Below, one piece after another: positions 18,642 to 27,878 of a DNA stretch of 64,000 nucleotides. Below the pieces are notes generated by a model that was given only the letters and a program-made list of their open reading frames with translations, was not told the DNA's origin and made no database searches. This DNA is from a virus, in the IMG/VR virus record IMGVR_UViG_3300020048_000018, positions 114,054 through 178,053 of that record. The stretch is one strand, 5' to 3'. The number at the start of each line of letters is the position of its first letter. Position 1 is the stretch's first letter. The position numbers were made by a program, and so were the translations under genes.

Positions 18642-19424
18642 ATGAAAAACAACTATAGCGAGGGTGTTTCTAACCGATTAAGGGAGAATAGAGATACTGC
18701 AAGGTTATATGCGCTTCTTACTGGATGGGATTATTCTCATATTTACTCTATGGGGATTATAACCTCTGACAATCCTCGGGGAGAAAAGACTTCAAGTGCA
18801 GAAAACCAGAAAAAATGGTCAGAGCTTAAGGTCTATCTTTCAAGGTCAAACTTTGTATATCTTCAAGTAAAAGGGAAATATGGTAACATGGAGAATAGTG
18901 TTATTATTCAGAATGTTACCCCTCAGTTTATGAGACAATTGAGTATTAAGTACAATCAAGCGGCTTTTATTTATGGTGAAGTATATGAACATAAAGAAGA
19001 GCGAGGTATGAAGTTTGAGTATTTCGTTCAGGAAACTGAGGAAAAGTCTCTGTTTAATCCAAACTATGGAAGGAAGGAACTGGTACAAACCCCGAATGGT
19101 GTTTACCGTTTAGGTTCTACTCGATTCACCTATCTTAAATTTGATAATCCCGATGATTATTATACGAGATTTAAAGGTTTTACCTTTCAGATACCTTTTT
19201 TCGATGATGATTATGACCCAAATAAATTAGGTGATGAAAAAGGTTTCACCCTAAAGTCTAAAGCTTTGGAATCTATTGATAAGGAAGAACTTTTTAGTAG
19301 GATTAAAGAGCAAAAAAGAAGTCATAATAAAACTGAAAGGTCAGTATGGGAAAACCGTGGAATGATAAAATTAATGCTAAATGGAGAATTCCAAGGCATG
19401 AAATATGCTAGAGTTTGTGAATAA
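18642..19424 (+). CDS. DUF3293-like conserved phage protein
   Basis: GIITSDNPRG..ENQ..G.YG..ENSVII..KYNQAAFIYG. Confidence 0.5.
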   Translation: MKNNYSEGVSNRLRENRDTARLYALLTGWDYSHIYSMGIITSDNPRGEKTSSAENQKKWSELKVYLSRSNFVYLQVKGKYGNMENSVIIQNVTPQFMRQLSIKYNQAAFIYGEVYEHKEERGMKFEYFVQETEEKSLFNPNYGRKELVQTPNGVYRLGSTRFTYLKFDNPDDYYTRFKGFTFQIPFFDDDYDPNKLGDEKGFTLKSKALESIDKEELFSRIKEQKRSHNKTERSVWENRGMIKLMLNGEFQGMKYARVCE

Positions 19425-19440
19425 GGAAAAGGAAGGAAAA

Positions 19441-20193
19441 ATGGAAAAATTAAATGAAAGCAGGGAAAATGATCTATTCTTCGAGTTTTTAAACTTCGAT
19501 GAAAGGGATTATTATCATATGGGAGACTCCTATGGAGAAGGTAGAAGTCTTGATACTTTTTTGGAAGATGTAAAAGATTTTTCTTGTGATCTTTACATAG
19601 TAGGTTTTGACAGTGGAAGTTATGATTTTATTCTTGCAACCGAAAGTAATTCTGAAAGAAACCCTTCGTATACCGAGAGTAAGGTTCTTGAAGATTTTTC
19701 AGAAATGTTAAGCGAATCTGAAAGATATGGTTATCAGAATCACAATGAAGAAGATGGAGAGGAATATGAAGGTGTTTCCCTTGATGTAATTACCAAATTG
19801 GACATGGGACAGTTTGTTGAAATTACTTTTGGGGAGATTGACAACCGAACATTTGAAACCGTAAAAAAGGACGTTTGGAATCTTGCAAGCCTTGAAAACG
19901 CTCTTGAGGATTCTGGGTATTACCGAGAACATAATTTCAAGACAAGCACCAAGACTTTTGGGGTAATTGAATTTATTCAGTGGTGTGAAAAGCTTGATAA
20001 TAAGTTTACTGAGAAAAGTACTATTACTCATAATGTACTTGATGATTGCCTAGAGTTTACCTTATCGGATGATTACGAAACTAAGTTTTATTCTATCGGC
20101 GCACCAGCAGGACAGTATCTTAAGCAGAAAATGTTCGAGAGGATTTTCAACTTTATTACCAAAGAAATAGAGTATTCAAGAAACAATAACTAA
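19441..20193 (+). CDS. acidic hypothetical protein
   Basis: SD AAGGA; MEKLNES start. Confidence 0.55.
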   Translation: MEKLNESRENDLFFEFLNFDERDYYHMGDSYGEGRSLDTFLEDVKDFSCDLYIVGFDSGSYDFILATESNSERNPSYTESKVLEDFSEMLSESERYGYQNHNEEDGEEYEGVSLDVITKLDMGQFVEITFGEIDNRTFETVKKDVWNLASLENALEDSGYYREHNFKTSTKTFGVIEFIQWCEKLDNKFTEKSTITHNVLDDCLEFTLSDDYETKFYSIGAPAGQYLKQKMFERIFNFITKEIEYSRNNN

Positions 20194-20219
20194 CAAACTT
20201 AGTTACTTGTGTTAAGAAG

Positions 20220-20245
20220 GGAGAAACCTAGTGTTTCTCCTTTTT
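20220..20245 (+). terminator. intrinsic terminator
   Basis: GGAGAAAC/GTTTCTCC plus TTTTT. Confidence 0.8.
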
Positions 20246-20279
20246 ATTTTAAAATATTTCAACCTGTACTCCTTTTTTT

Positions 20280-20288
20280 TGTTAATAT
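20280..20288 (+). promoter_or_regulatory. TGTTAATAT promoter (leaderless candidate)
   Basis: 6 nt before ATG 20295; no SD. Confidence 0.55.
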
Positions 20289-20294
20289 ATAATC

Positions 20295-20648
20295 ATGAGA
20301 TTCACTTTAAGTAAAAGGATGAAATCTTATGGGAGAACAAATATGAAATACTTTCCGATATTACAAGGATATAATCACTCGGCACCTAAGATAGAACTTA
20401 AAGTTCCTTGGGAATTAATCGCACTTCATGAAAAGCAAGCATATAGGAATCATGGTCAAACCTTAGAGCGTCTTGCTGAACGTGGAGGTCTTTGTTCATC
20501 TGAGATATTATCCGTAATATCGGATATTACATGGCAAGCCAACCTCGACGAAGATTGGTGTCTTAATATTCTTGATGGGATTGTATCCGCTTTCAATAAA
20601 CTTCAAGCAGTTAAAGACCTTCATAAAAAAATAGAGGAAATAATATAA
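20295..20648 (+). CDS. conserved phage hypothetical protein
   Basis: VPW..HEKQAYRNHGQTLERLAERGGL. Confidence 0.6.
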   Translation: MRFTLSKRMKSYGRTNMKYFPILQGYNHSAPKIELKVPWELIALHEKQAYRNHGQTLERLAERGGLCSSEILSVISDITWQANLDEDWCLNILDGIVSAFNKLQAVKDLHKKIEEII

Positions 20649-20968
20649 TGGCAATTATAATAAGTTTTATTCTCGGAGTAATATTCCTTACAATTACCAG
20701 TTTTAGACTTGGAGTTCAATTTTCTGGAAATGGTGTATATAATTCTTTAGCTCCATATGTTGCAGATTACACTATCTGTAAGGAACTCGAAAGACGATAC
20801 CCTTATCTCAGACTTCGAGAGAAGGTAAAAATGAAAAAAAGAGTACGATTAGGTTTAGACATGGTTAGAAACTTAGATTATAGGTTTGATACAGAAATAA
20901 ATATTGAAAGGTCTCTAAAAAATATAGAGGCTATACTAGAACAATATATAAAGGAAAGAGACGTATGA
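20648..20968 (+). CDS. membrane-anchored hypothetical protein
   Basis: N-terminal TM; coupled start. Confidence 0.55.
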   Translation: MAIIISFILGVIFLTITSFRLGVQFSGNGVYNSLAPYVADYTICKELERRYPYLRLREKVKMKKRVRLGLDMVRNLDYRFDTEINIERSLKNIEAILEQYIKERDV

Positions 20969-21195
20969 ATGAAAGAATTGTGAAAAGGTTTAATTCTATT
21001 ACCAAGAAATTTGATGTTATTGAATTTAGTGAATTAAAAGATGGAGATTTTTTTCTATTGAGTGACCAAGAAACTTTTGGGTATCTGGCTAAAGCTGATG
21101 CTTACAAAAATGCTGAGGGTGTGTTTGGTATACATTGTGAAGCATATAATCGAACCGAAATGCCTGAGTTTGTTAATGAAATACAGGATAAGTAA
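20965..21195 (+). CDS. hypothetical protein
   Basis: ATGA coupling. Confidence 0.5.
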   Translation: MNERIVKRFNSITKKFDVIEFSELKDGDFFLLSDQETFGYLAKADAYKNAEGVFGIHCEAYNRTEMPEFVNEIQDK

Positions 21196-21197
21196 TT

Positions 21198-21461
21198 ATG
21201 AAACCCGAGATTGATAGGTTAACCTCAGTGGATTTCCCTGAGGCAGTTGGTAATTTAATCGAGGAAAACATTCTAACAGAAGATGAAAAAGAACTTCTTT
21301 GGGATTTTCTTTCCTCCTCATACGTAAGAATGGCAAATGGAAGTTATGTTCCTAATCCTTATAAGAATATTGAATCCTTTACAAGTGACATCACTATGAT
21401 TAGGCTGGGGGATATTTTTAATACGAGTTTTCCTTGTGATATTCTTTATGTGTATTGGTGA
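21198..21461 (+). CDS. hypothetical protein
   Basis: Operon packing. Confidence 0.5.
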   Translation: MKPEIDRLTSVDFPEAVGNLIEENILTEDEKELLWDFLSSSYVRMANGSYVPNPYKNIESFTSDITMIRLGDIFNTSFPCDILYVYW

Positions 21462-21465
21462 ATAG

Positions 21466-21723
21466 ATGGGATATCATATTACTAAAATAGAAAAAGGTGA
21501 GTTGGGTTGGATTTCTAAAGTTCAAGAAGAAGTTGACGAGTTTAAGGATGCACAAAAACAAAAATGTAAAATAATGGAAGACTTAGAACTTTCAGATATT
21601 TATGGTGCATTGGAAGCAGTTGCTGTTCAACGGGGTCTTACTATGGAAGACCTGAGGGTAATGAGTGATATTACTAAAAGAGCATTTTTAGATGGTACAA
21701 GAAAAAGTGAGATAAAATTATGA
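21466..21723 (+). CDS. MazG-like all-alpha NTP pyrophosphohydrolase
   Basis: SKVQEEVDEFKDA..ELSDIYGALE (EExxE..ExxD). Confidence 0.6.
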   Translation: MGYHITKIEKGELGWISKVQEEVDEFKDAQKQKCKIMEDLELSDIYGALEAVAVQRGLTMEDLRVMSDITKRAFLDGTRKSEIKL

Positions 21724-21992
21724 ATGATTTAGCCCAAAGTAATCCAACAATAAAAGATATTGTTACAGCAGACTCTCCAACTTTAGATATTAACTCAAAC
21801 CTTAGAAGTTCAACTTTAATTTCTGTTAGACTTGAAAGTACTGTCCCCTCAGCATATAGGCTAGTTAGATATCATCACAACTCTGAGCCTATTCTTCAAG
21901 GACAATATTTCTGGAATCAAGGATTTAATCAAGGATTTGAATGGAGAGATATCCCCACAATAAACCTTAATGAAGAGGTGAATAAGAAATGA
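21720..21992 (+). CDS. hypothetical protein
   Basis: Coupled ORF. Confidence 0.5.
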   Translation: MNDLAQSNPTIKDIVTADSPTLDINSNLRSSTLISVRLESTVPSAYRLVRYHHNSEPILQGQYFWNQGFNQGFEWRDIPTINLNEEVNKK

Positions 21993-22486
21993 ACAGGACT
22001 AGAAAAAATAAAACAGTTATTGATGCTTTTCAAAAAGCCTTTATAGAAGCACAGAAGTTTAAATCCCGAGGCGAAGATGTTTCACTTTTAAGATCCTTAA
22101 TGTCTACACCTTTTCGCTCAAAGGTTAATACTTTTTGCGAAGAATTAATTTTAGAAGCAAAAGAAACAGGAAGAGTTGGTCAACAAACTTTTTGTATCTC
22201 AATAAATTTGGATGAAGAATTTTCTTCTGAGAAAATAAAGTATTATGATAAGAAAGATATAGATTTATTAATTCAAGTTTTTCTTCAAGCAAGGATATTT
22301 GATTTAGCAAACTCTCCATCCTTAGGAAGCTATGAGTCTTATGCGTTCAGTATTATTAATGATGTCTGTGAATTATTGGCAAATGATACTTATGAAGGTG
22401 TTAGCTTTGGGAGCATACATTTTAGTGGTAGTGAAAATACATTAAATATTGTGCTATGTCTCAAGGAGTATAACTTTGTGGTATAG
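21989..22486 (+). CDS. hypothetical protein
   Basis: Coupled ORF. Confidence 0.5.
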   Translation: MNRTRKNKTVIDAFQKAFIEAQKFKSRGEDVSLLRSLMSTPFRSKVNTFCEELILEAKETGRVGQQTFCISINLDEEFSSEKIKYYDKKDIDLLIQVFLQARIFDLANSPSLGSYESYAFSIINDVCELLANDTYEGVSFGSIHFSGSENTLNIVLCLKEYNFVV

Positions 22487-23009
22487 AACTGGAAAAAAAG
22501 AGTTTCCTCAAGTAGGGGAAGAGTGTTTAGTATATTTTGCCTATACAGGTTATAGCATAGAAACCTTCTCATATGAAACAGATGAGTTCGGAACTTCCTT
22601 TTGTTTTAGTGGAGCTAAAGGTTGGCTCAGTGATGAAGATTTACTTTGGATTCCTATCTCAAGTATAGAAGGTTTCAAAGATTTAAATAAATCAATTATT
22701 GCTTTATACCCCATTCCAGAATCTTATTGTAAAGACCCTAAGTTTATGAAGTGGGATAATCCAGATAAAATATTTAAAGCTGTTATGCTTAATGAAGAGT
22801 ATGTCCATCCAACAGTAGAAGAACCAATCTTCTTAAAACAAGGTGCAGTATTTGGTGTAACTGGAGACTGGAATGATACCTATAATTGTGTTCAAACCAT
22901 TGAAGGTGATACGACCGGATATCAAATTCCAAAAGCACTTTGCTCTGAGATAGAATTATCAGTTTATAAGGCTATTGGTGAACTGGGAAAAGAATATGGT
23001 AGATTATAA
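22476..23009 (+). CDS. hypothetical protein (DUF551-like N-terminus)
   Basis: TTG start 7 nt after AAGGAG; W..G..EFPQVGEECLVY. Confidence 0.5.
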   Translation: MWYRTGKKEFPQVGEECLVYFAYTGYSIETFSYETDEFGTSFCFSGAKGWLSDEDLLWIPISSIEGFKDLNKSIIALYPIPESYCKDPKFMKWDNPDKIFKAVMLNEEYVHPTVEEPIFLKQGAVFGVTGDWNDTYNCVQTIEGDTTGYQIPKALCSEIELSVYKAIGELGKEYGRL

Positions 23010-23580
23010 ACTCTTAGGTGAATCTGTAGACTTTTATAAAAAGGAAGGTTTCAATTATATTGAAGCTCCTTGGTATGTGTCAGATGAAATAAAGTCTATC
23101 ACCCGACCAGAGAACTGTTCTAAAGAGTTTGATTACTATTTACCCTTAAATAATAAGTTTCTGGTTGCAAGTGGTGAACAATCCTTTTTGTATCTTTATT
23201 CAAAGGGTTTTATATCTGAGGGGACATACCAAACAATAACTCCTTGTTTTAGGTTTGAGGAAATAAATATTCTTCATAAAAAAGTTTTTATGAAAAATGA
23301 ACTAATAAAACTTTTCAATGTTAGACTATTAGATTCTGAAATAAAGTCTACCGTTTTGGAACAGCTTGATATTGCAAATGCTTTCTTTAGTGTTATTGGA
23401 ATTAAAAACATTGAAGTACGAGAAGTTAAACAAAGTAATTCAATAATGAATTATGATATTGAAGCGGATGGTATTGAATTAGGTTCATATGGTTACAGAG
23501 AATATAAAGACATGTATTGGATTTATTCAACAGGATGTGCAGAACCTAGAACAAGTATTGTCTTAAGGATGCAAAAATGA
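22996..23580 (+). CDS. class II aminoacyl-tRNA-synthetase-like catalytic core
   Basis: YIEAPW, LVASGEQSFL, TPCFRFE (motif 2), ELGSYG, STGCAEPR (motif 3). Confidence 0.7.
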   Translation: MVDYKLLGESVDFYKKEGFNYIEAPWYVSDEIKSITRPENCSKEFDYYLPLNNKFLVASGEQSFLYLYSKGFISEGTYQTITPCFRFEEINILHKKVFMKNELIKLFNVRLLDSEIKSTVLEQLDIANAFFSVIGIKNIEVREVKQSNSIMNYDIEADGIELGSYGYREYKDMYWIYSTGCAEPRTSIVLRMQK

Positions 23581-23783
23581 TTAACAGTATTATTTTTATT
23601 GTTTTGTTTGGTTGTTTAATTGGGATTTATTTTTTCTTAAACTTGTTATGGAAAAGACATCTTTCTATTCTTGAAGGTAACTGCTACAAAGATGGGACAA
23701 AGCTTGAGCATTGTCTTCTTGGATTTTCAGTTTGTCCTAAGTGTGGAAAAATCTATAATTTTTCATTGGAAAAAATGTTGTGA
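23577..23783 (+). CDS. small membrane protein with Zn ribbon
   Basis: TM plus CPKCG. Confidence 0.5.
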   Translation: MINSIIFIVLFGCLIGIYFFLNLLWKRHLSILEGNCYKDGTKLEHCLLGFSVCPKCGKIYNFSLEKML

Positions 23784-24175
23784 TAGTATCCTCAGCAGTA
23801 CAATTAAATGATGGAAGAGTTTTTGTGGGACGAAGACATGGAGATGCATATAAAGCTATAAAGGAAATATATGACCCATCTGATATAAACAAAATTGAGG
23901 TTCTTTCTTTACTCCGAGGGAATATTCAGGGATTTTTAACAGATACTTTAGTATTCCTCACTCGGGAAGAAGCTTACATTGAAGCAAAAAAATGTGGACA
24001 GCTTCGAGGTCTTTGTGAAGAACATCCCCTTTATTCTGAGGATCTCTGGACAAACCAAGTAGAAACAAAAGAATTATTAGACCTTCATGTGAAAAATTTA
24101 AGTAAGTCATTATTAGACTCAATAGATTTTTGTGAGTTAGTTTCTACAAATCTTAAAAAAGCTCAGGAGAGGTGA
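23780..24175 (+). CDS. conserved phage hypothetical protein
   Basis: GRRHGDA..QGFLT..FLTREEA..GQL..LYSEDLW. Confidence 0.6.
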   Translation: MIVSSAVQLNDGRVFVGRRHGDAYKAIKEIYDPSDINKIEVLSLLRGNIQGFLTDTLVFLTREEAYIEAKKCGQLRGLCEEHPLYSEDLWTNQVETKELLDLHVKNLSKSLLDSIDFCELVSTNLKKAQER

Positions 24176-24176
24176 A

Positions 24177-24368
24177 ATGGGACACAAATCTAAACTACAT
24201 CCTTTTATTACTACGATATCCAGAGAAGTTTTATTTGGACGTTATGAGGAAAGGGATTATACAACCTTTCCCTTAAAGATTATTAGGTTAGCTAAACCTA
24301 TATGTGTTAGAGATCGGATATATTCCGAGTATGCTTTAGAAGAACCTGTTGGAATACTTCCCCAGTGA
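24177..24368 (+). CDS. hypothetical protein
   Basis: SD GGAG. Confidence 0.4.
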   Translation: MGHKSKLHPFITTISREVLFGRYEERDYTTFPLKIIRLAKPICVRDRIYSEYALEEPVGILPQ

Positions 24369-24381
24369 AATCTTAAAAGAT

Positions 24382-24390
24382 TGTTAATCT
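24382..24390 (+). promoter_or_regulatory. TGTTAATCT promoter
   Basis: Intergenic. Confidence 0.45.
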
Positions 24391-24434
24391 AACTAATAAG
24401 AATTAAAAGTATAAAACTTACATGGAGGTTTAAT

Positions 24435-24611
24435 ATGATGAAAATGGTTGACCTTGTTAAAGGTACAAAAGTAGTAGATATTTTCTATCGAGAAAATGGA
24501 ATAGGTGAAATTACCAGTATTAAGAGAACTGTTCTTAGAGTTAAATTTGATAATAAAACTGTAGCATATGATATTAATAAAGCTCTAAAAGATTTAGAGG
24601 TTTCAGTATGA
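24435..24611 (+). CDS. 58-aa SH3-like protein (not in ORF track)
   Basis: SD GGAGG; MMKMVDLVKGTKVVDIFYRENGIGEITSIKRTVLRVKFDNK; ATGA overlap with next gene. Confidence 0.6.
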   Translation: MMKMVDLVKGTKVVDIFYRENGIGEITSIKRTVLRVKFDNKTVAYDINKALKDLEVSV

Positions 24612-25165
24612 AATACTGGTTTATTTCCGATTGGCATTTCGGGCATGACAGAGACTTCATCTGGGGTAAACGAGGGTATTCCTCTGTACAAGAACATGAT
24701 GAAGATTTAATCTCTAAGTTTAATTCAAAAGTTGGAACAAAGGATATCACCTATTTTCTTGGAGATTTTTGTTTTAACAAAGAGTTTGATAAATACCTTA
24801 GTAGACTTAATGGTAATTTTATTATCCTTTGTGGAAATCATGACAAGGACTTTTTCAGGCATCTTAGCAGTATTAGCTGTAAAACAAAACAGAAAATTAT
24901 TAAGTTTACCACAGGTTTTATTGATATTTCTCTTCAAGGAAAGCCTATAACTCTTTGTCATTTTGCTATGCACTCTTGGAACAAATCTCACTTTAATGCA
25001 GGACATTTGTATGGGCATCATCATTATGCTACAGATTTTGGAGGGAAAACCTTAAATGTTACTGTAGATGGTCATAATGGATACCCTTATTCTGAGGAAG
25101 AGATTACAAGTATTCTGGAAAGTCTCCCAAACAATTGGGATTATATCGAAAAGAAACGAGATTAA
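24608..25165 (+). CDS. calcineurin-like metallophosphoesterase
   Basis: SDWHFGH, LGDF, GNHD, YGHHH. Confidence 0.9.
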   Translation: MKYWFISDWHFGHDRDFIWGKRGYSSVQEHDEDLISKFNSKVGTKDITYFLGDFCFNKEFDKYLSRLNGNFIILCGNHDKDFFRHLSSISCKTKQKIIKFTTGFIDISLQGKPITLCHFAMHSWNKSHFNAGHLYGHHHYATDFGGKTLNVTVDGHNGYPYSEEEITSILESLPNNWDYIEKKRD

Positions 25166-25308
25166 GTTTGTTTTAATTTGACCTTCCCTTTTTTGTGTTT
25201 TAGAAATATTTAGAATTTCACAATCTGAAAAACAAAGTCATTTTAATTTCAACAACTAAATACCCTATCAGGCATTGTACCTGAAAATTAAATGTATAGG
25301 TGGTTATT

Positions 25309-25512
25309 ATGAGTCAAGAATTGTTCCTTATCAATTCACAAATTTCCGAGATTGAAAAGAATCTATCGGAACCCGAAAAGCTAGGTTCAGAAACGGAGGT
25401 ATACTCCAGAATTTCGGGTTACTATCGTTCAGTTAAAAATTGGAACAAAGGCAAGTTTGCCGAGCTTCTTGAGCGTAAAGATTACAATGTTGCAGTAGGA
25501 TGTTGTAATTAA
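25309..25512 (+). CDS. stand-alone NrdD C-terminal glycyl-radical-domain protein
   Basis: ETEVYSRISGYYRSVKNWNKGK..E...R. Confidence 0.75.
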   Translation: MSQELFLINSQISEIEKNLSEPEKLGSETEVYSRISGYYRSVKNWNKGKFAELLERKDYNVAVGCCN

Positions 25513-25561
25513 CAAAGATTTAGTGAGAGATTTTTAGAGTCTCTCACTATGGAGGTAAATA

Positions 25562-26017
25562 ATGTCAGCTTCTCTCTTAGATGAAGCCATTCGTGGTCTC
25601 ACAATAAAAAAACAATTAGCAGAACCAGAATCAATTCTTCAACAACTTGTCTCCCGTGATAAATTAGGTAGGACTGGATGGGATTTAATTGTTTCACAAA
25701 TAGAAAACTTGGAATTATATTATTATTATTTTTCTTCCTTCATCTTCTTAGATGTCCCGTTTAAGGATACTAACGTGTGGATTAAACTATCACATGGGAT
25801 TCCTCAAGTTATGAGGGTCTCCTTTGACAAGGAATTAATCAGTGACATGTATTCAAGTGATTATAATCCATTAATGTGTGAGGTTAGGTGTCCCGTGAAA
25901 CATGACCAAATATGGGGAAACCTCTCAAGACTTATCGTCTCCTATGGCGAGAGTCCACAGTCTTGTACTTGGAAAAACTTGAAAGAAGTTTATCTTAAAC
26001 ATAAAAAGGGAGAATAA
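25562..26017 (+). CDS. hypothetical protein
   Basis: SD GGAGG. Confidence 0.55.
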   Translation: MSASLLDEAIRGLTIKKQLAEPESILQQLVSRDKLGRTGWDLIVSQIENLELYYYYFSSFIFLDVPFKDTNVWIKLSHGIPQVMRVSFDKELISDMYSSDYNPLMCEVRCPVKHDQIWGNLSRLIVSYGESPQSCTWKNLKEVYLKHKKGE

Positions 26018-26020
26018 CAA

Positions 26021-26650
26021 ATGATCTTTACTGATGAACAGTATGATAACCTGTTGGAATATACTCAGGAATTAAGTAAAAACTCCGGTACGTCTGTCTC
26101 AGATTATCACTATTCCAGAACTTATAAGCATAAGAATGACGTTAAAGATTATTACAATTACCTTTTAAGCGTACTTCCTCCTTCCACAAAGTTGGTTAAG
26201 ATAGATGAACATGATTTCGATAAGGTTAGTCTTATCTATCAAATTCTTCCCTACTGTTTAACTAACTGGAAATATAAATGCTTCCTTGAAAATATTACTT
26301 ATGATATACCGGAAAAATATAAGGACATGTGCCATGAAGCAACTGTAAACCATGTTAAGTTTGGTAAGCATCATCCTGAGTATTGGGATTTTGACCAAGA
26401 AAATCTTATCTCAAAAGATAATAGAGATGGGGTTTCACGAGTTATTGATGGTACCCAAATGCCCTTAGACTTCATTGAGGAAATGGCGGCTGATATTTGT
26501 GCAGTGGCTAAGGAAAGAGGAAACTCACCTGAAAGTTGGCTCGATAAAAATATTGGAACTCGATGGAAACTTAAGTCTAATCAGGAATCTCATCTTCGAG
26601 AATGTGTAGAAATAATTAAAGGATCACCTAAATGGAAGGATTTGCTTTAG
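26021..26650 (+). CDS. HD-like (DUF5662-like) protein
   Basis: HDFDK..KHHPEYW..EEMAADICA; paralogous to C-half of 164-1114. Confidence 0.65.
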   Translation: MIFTDEQYDNLLEYTQELSKNSGTSVSDYHYSRTYKHKNDVKDYYNYLLSVLPPSTKLVKIDEHDFDKVSLIYQILPYCLTNWKYKCFLENITYDIPEKYKDMCHEATVNHVKFGKHHPEYWDFDQENLISKDNRDGVSRVIDGTQMPLDFIEEMAADICAVAKERGNSPESWLDKNIGTRWKLKSNQESHLRECVEIIKGSPKWKDLL

Positions 26651-27375
26651 GACCACGTTCTGATGTTGAAGAAAAGTGTGTAGCTCTCTATGCGAGTTAC
26701 TATAAAATACCTTGCAGAAAGTTTGTTAAGCCCAGTGAAGTACCTCCAAATTGGATTCCAGTTGGAACAGTAGATTGGTTTTTGAACTCTACCAATTGGA
26801 ATGTAGAGGCAGACAATTATCCCGAGTTTCTTTCGTCTTGGCTAAAGAGAAAGGTTTGGAAAACAAATGATTGGCCCCTTGGACAAAAGGTTTTCATCAA
26901 GCCCTCTGACAAATTAAAAAGATTTAATGGTAGAGTTACTGATGGTTCCTATAAGGGAAAGAAAAAAGGTCCGTATTATTGTTCAGACATTGTACACTTC
27001 ACTAATGAATGGCGGTATTATATTTCTCATGGAAAAGTTGTAAGTGCCTGTTGGTATGCAGGTCAGGACGAAGATAAACCTGCACCAGTTTTAGACGTAG
27101 TATATCTTGATTGGTGGGTAGGTAGTGCAGACTTTGGGGAAACATCCGATAGAGGAATTTGTCTTGTCGAAGCGCATGAGCCATTTTCGGTGGGGGCATA
27201 TATGGGACTTAAGGACTTTAAAATTTATGGTCAATGGATTGTTGAGGGTTATGAATATTTAGAAAATAAATATAGTACGCATTGTACACATTGTATTCAT
27301 GAGTTTGACTGTCCGATTGGATATAATACTGATGTGAGAAGATGTAAGACGTTTAAGGGGGTTGTTAATGGATAA
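26632..27375 (+). CDS. ATP-grasp protein (DUF4343/R2K-like)
   Basis: VGTVDW, VFIKP..KRFNG, EWRYY, DFG..LVEAH. Confidence 0.7.
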   Translation: MEGFALGPRSDVEEKCVALYASYYKIPCRKFVKPSEVPPNWIPVGTVDWFLNSTNWNVEADNYPEFLSSWLKRKVWKTNDWPLGQKVFIKPSDKLKRFNGRVTDGSYKGKKKGPYYCSDIVHFTNEWRYYISHGKVVSACWYAGQDEDKPAPVLDVVYLDWWVGSADFGETSDRGICLVEAHEPFSVGAYMGLKDFKIYGQWIVEGYEYLENKYSTHCTHCIHEFDCPIGYNTDVRRCKTFKGVVNG

Positions 27376-27592
27376 AATGTCATTTTATGACTATCTTTCA
27401 ACTTGGGATTCCGAGGATGGAAGTGTTGATGATAAATGGAAACAACACTGGATAAAATCTGTTCCTAGTCTTCTTTCAGACAAAAATACCCAAGTCCATG
27501 TAGGGGATTGTACAAACCAATGTTGCTCCTGTTGCTTATGTACCGTAGAAACAATGCTTAGAGAATATAGAGAATACTTTTTTGAGAAATAA
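27368..27592 (+). CDS. Cys-rich hypothetical protein
   Basis: HVGDCT..CSCCLC. Confidence 0.5.
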   Translation: MDKMSFYDYLSTWDSEDGSVDDKWKQHWIKSVPSLLSDKNTQVHVGDCTNQCCSCCLCTVETMLREYREYFFEK

Positions 27593-27595
27593 TTT

Positions 27596-27621
27596 GAGCT
27601 ACTCCTAGGAGTAGCTCTTTT
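27596..27621. terminator. terminator between convergent genes
   Basis: GAGCTACTCC-TA-GGAGTAGCTC plus TTTT. Confidence 0.8.
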
Positions 27622-27624
27622 AAT

Positions 27625-27867
27625 TTAAAGATTTTTAATTTCTAAATATTCTATAGTTAGATCAGGATAATCTGCATCTTCAACCAGTTGATCGGTGAAA
27701 CGGGTTAGCCTTGCCAACTTTTCTTTATAGTGTTTCACTTCCTTGTCATACTCTGCAATAAGTGTTGAAAGGGCAATATACGTTTGATGTTCTGATAGAT
27801 TACTTGCTGACATAACTGTATGAAAGGCAGGGTCTAACTTTGGCAAGATGAAATTATTTGTAGTCAT
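27625..27867 (-). CDS. hypothetical coiled-coil protein
   Basis: SD AAGGA before MTTNN. Confidence 0.5.
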   Translation of the reverse strand: MTTNNFILPKLDPAFHTVMSASNLSEHQTYIALSTLIAEYDKEVKHYKEKLARLTRFTDQLVEDADYPDLTIEYLEIKNL

Positions 27868-27878
27868 TTTATTTTCCT

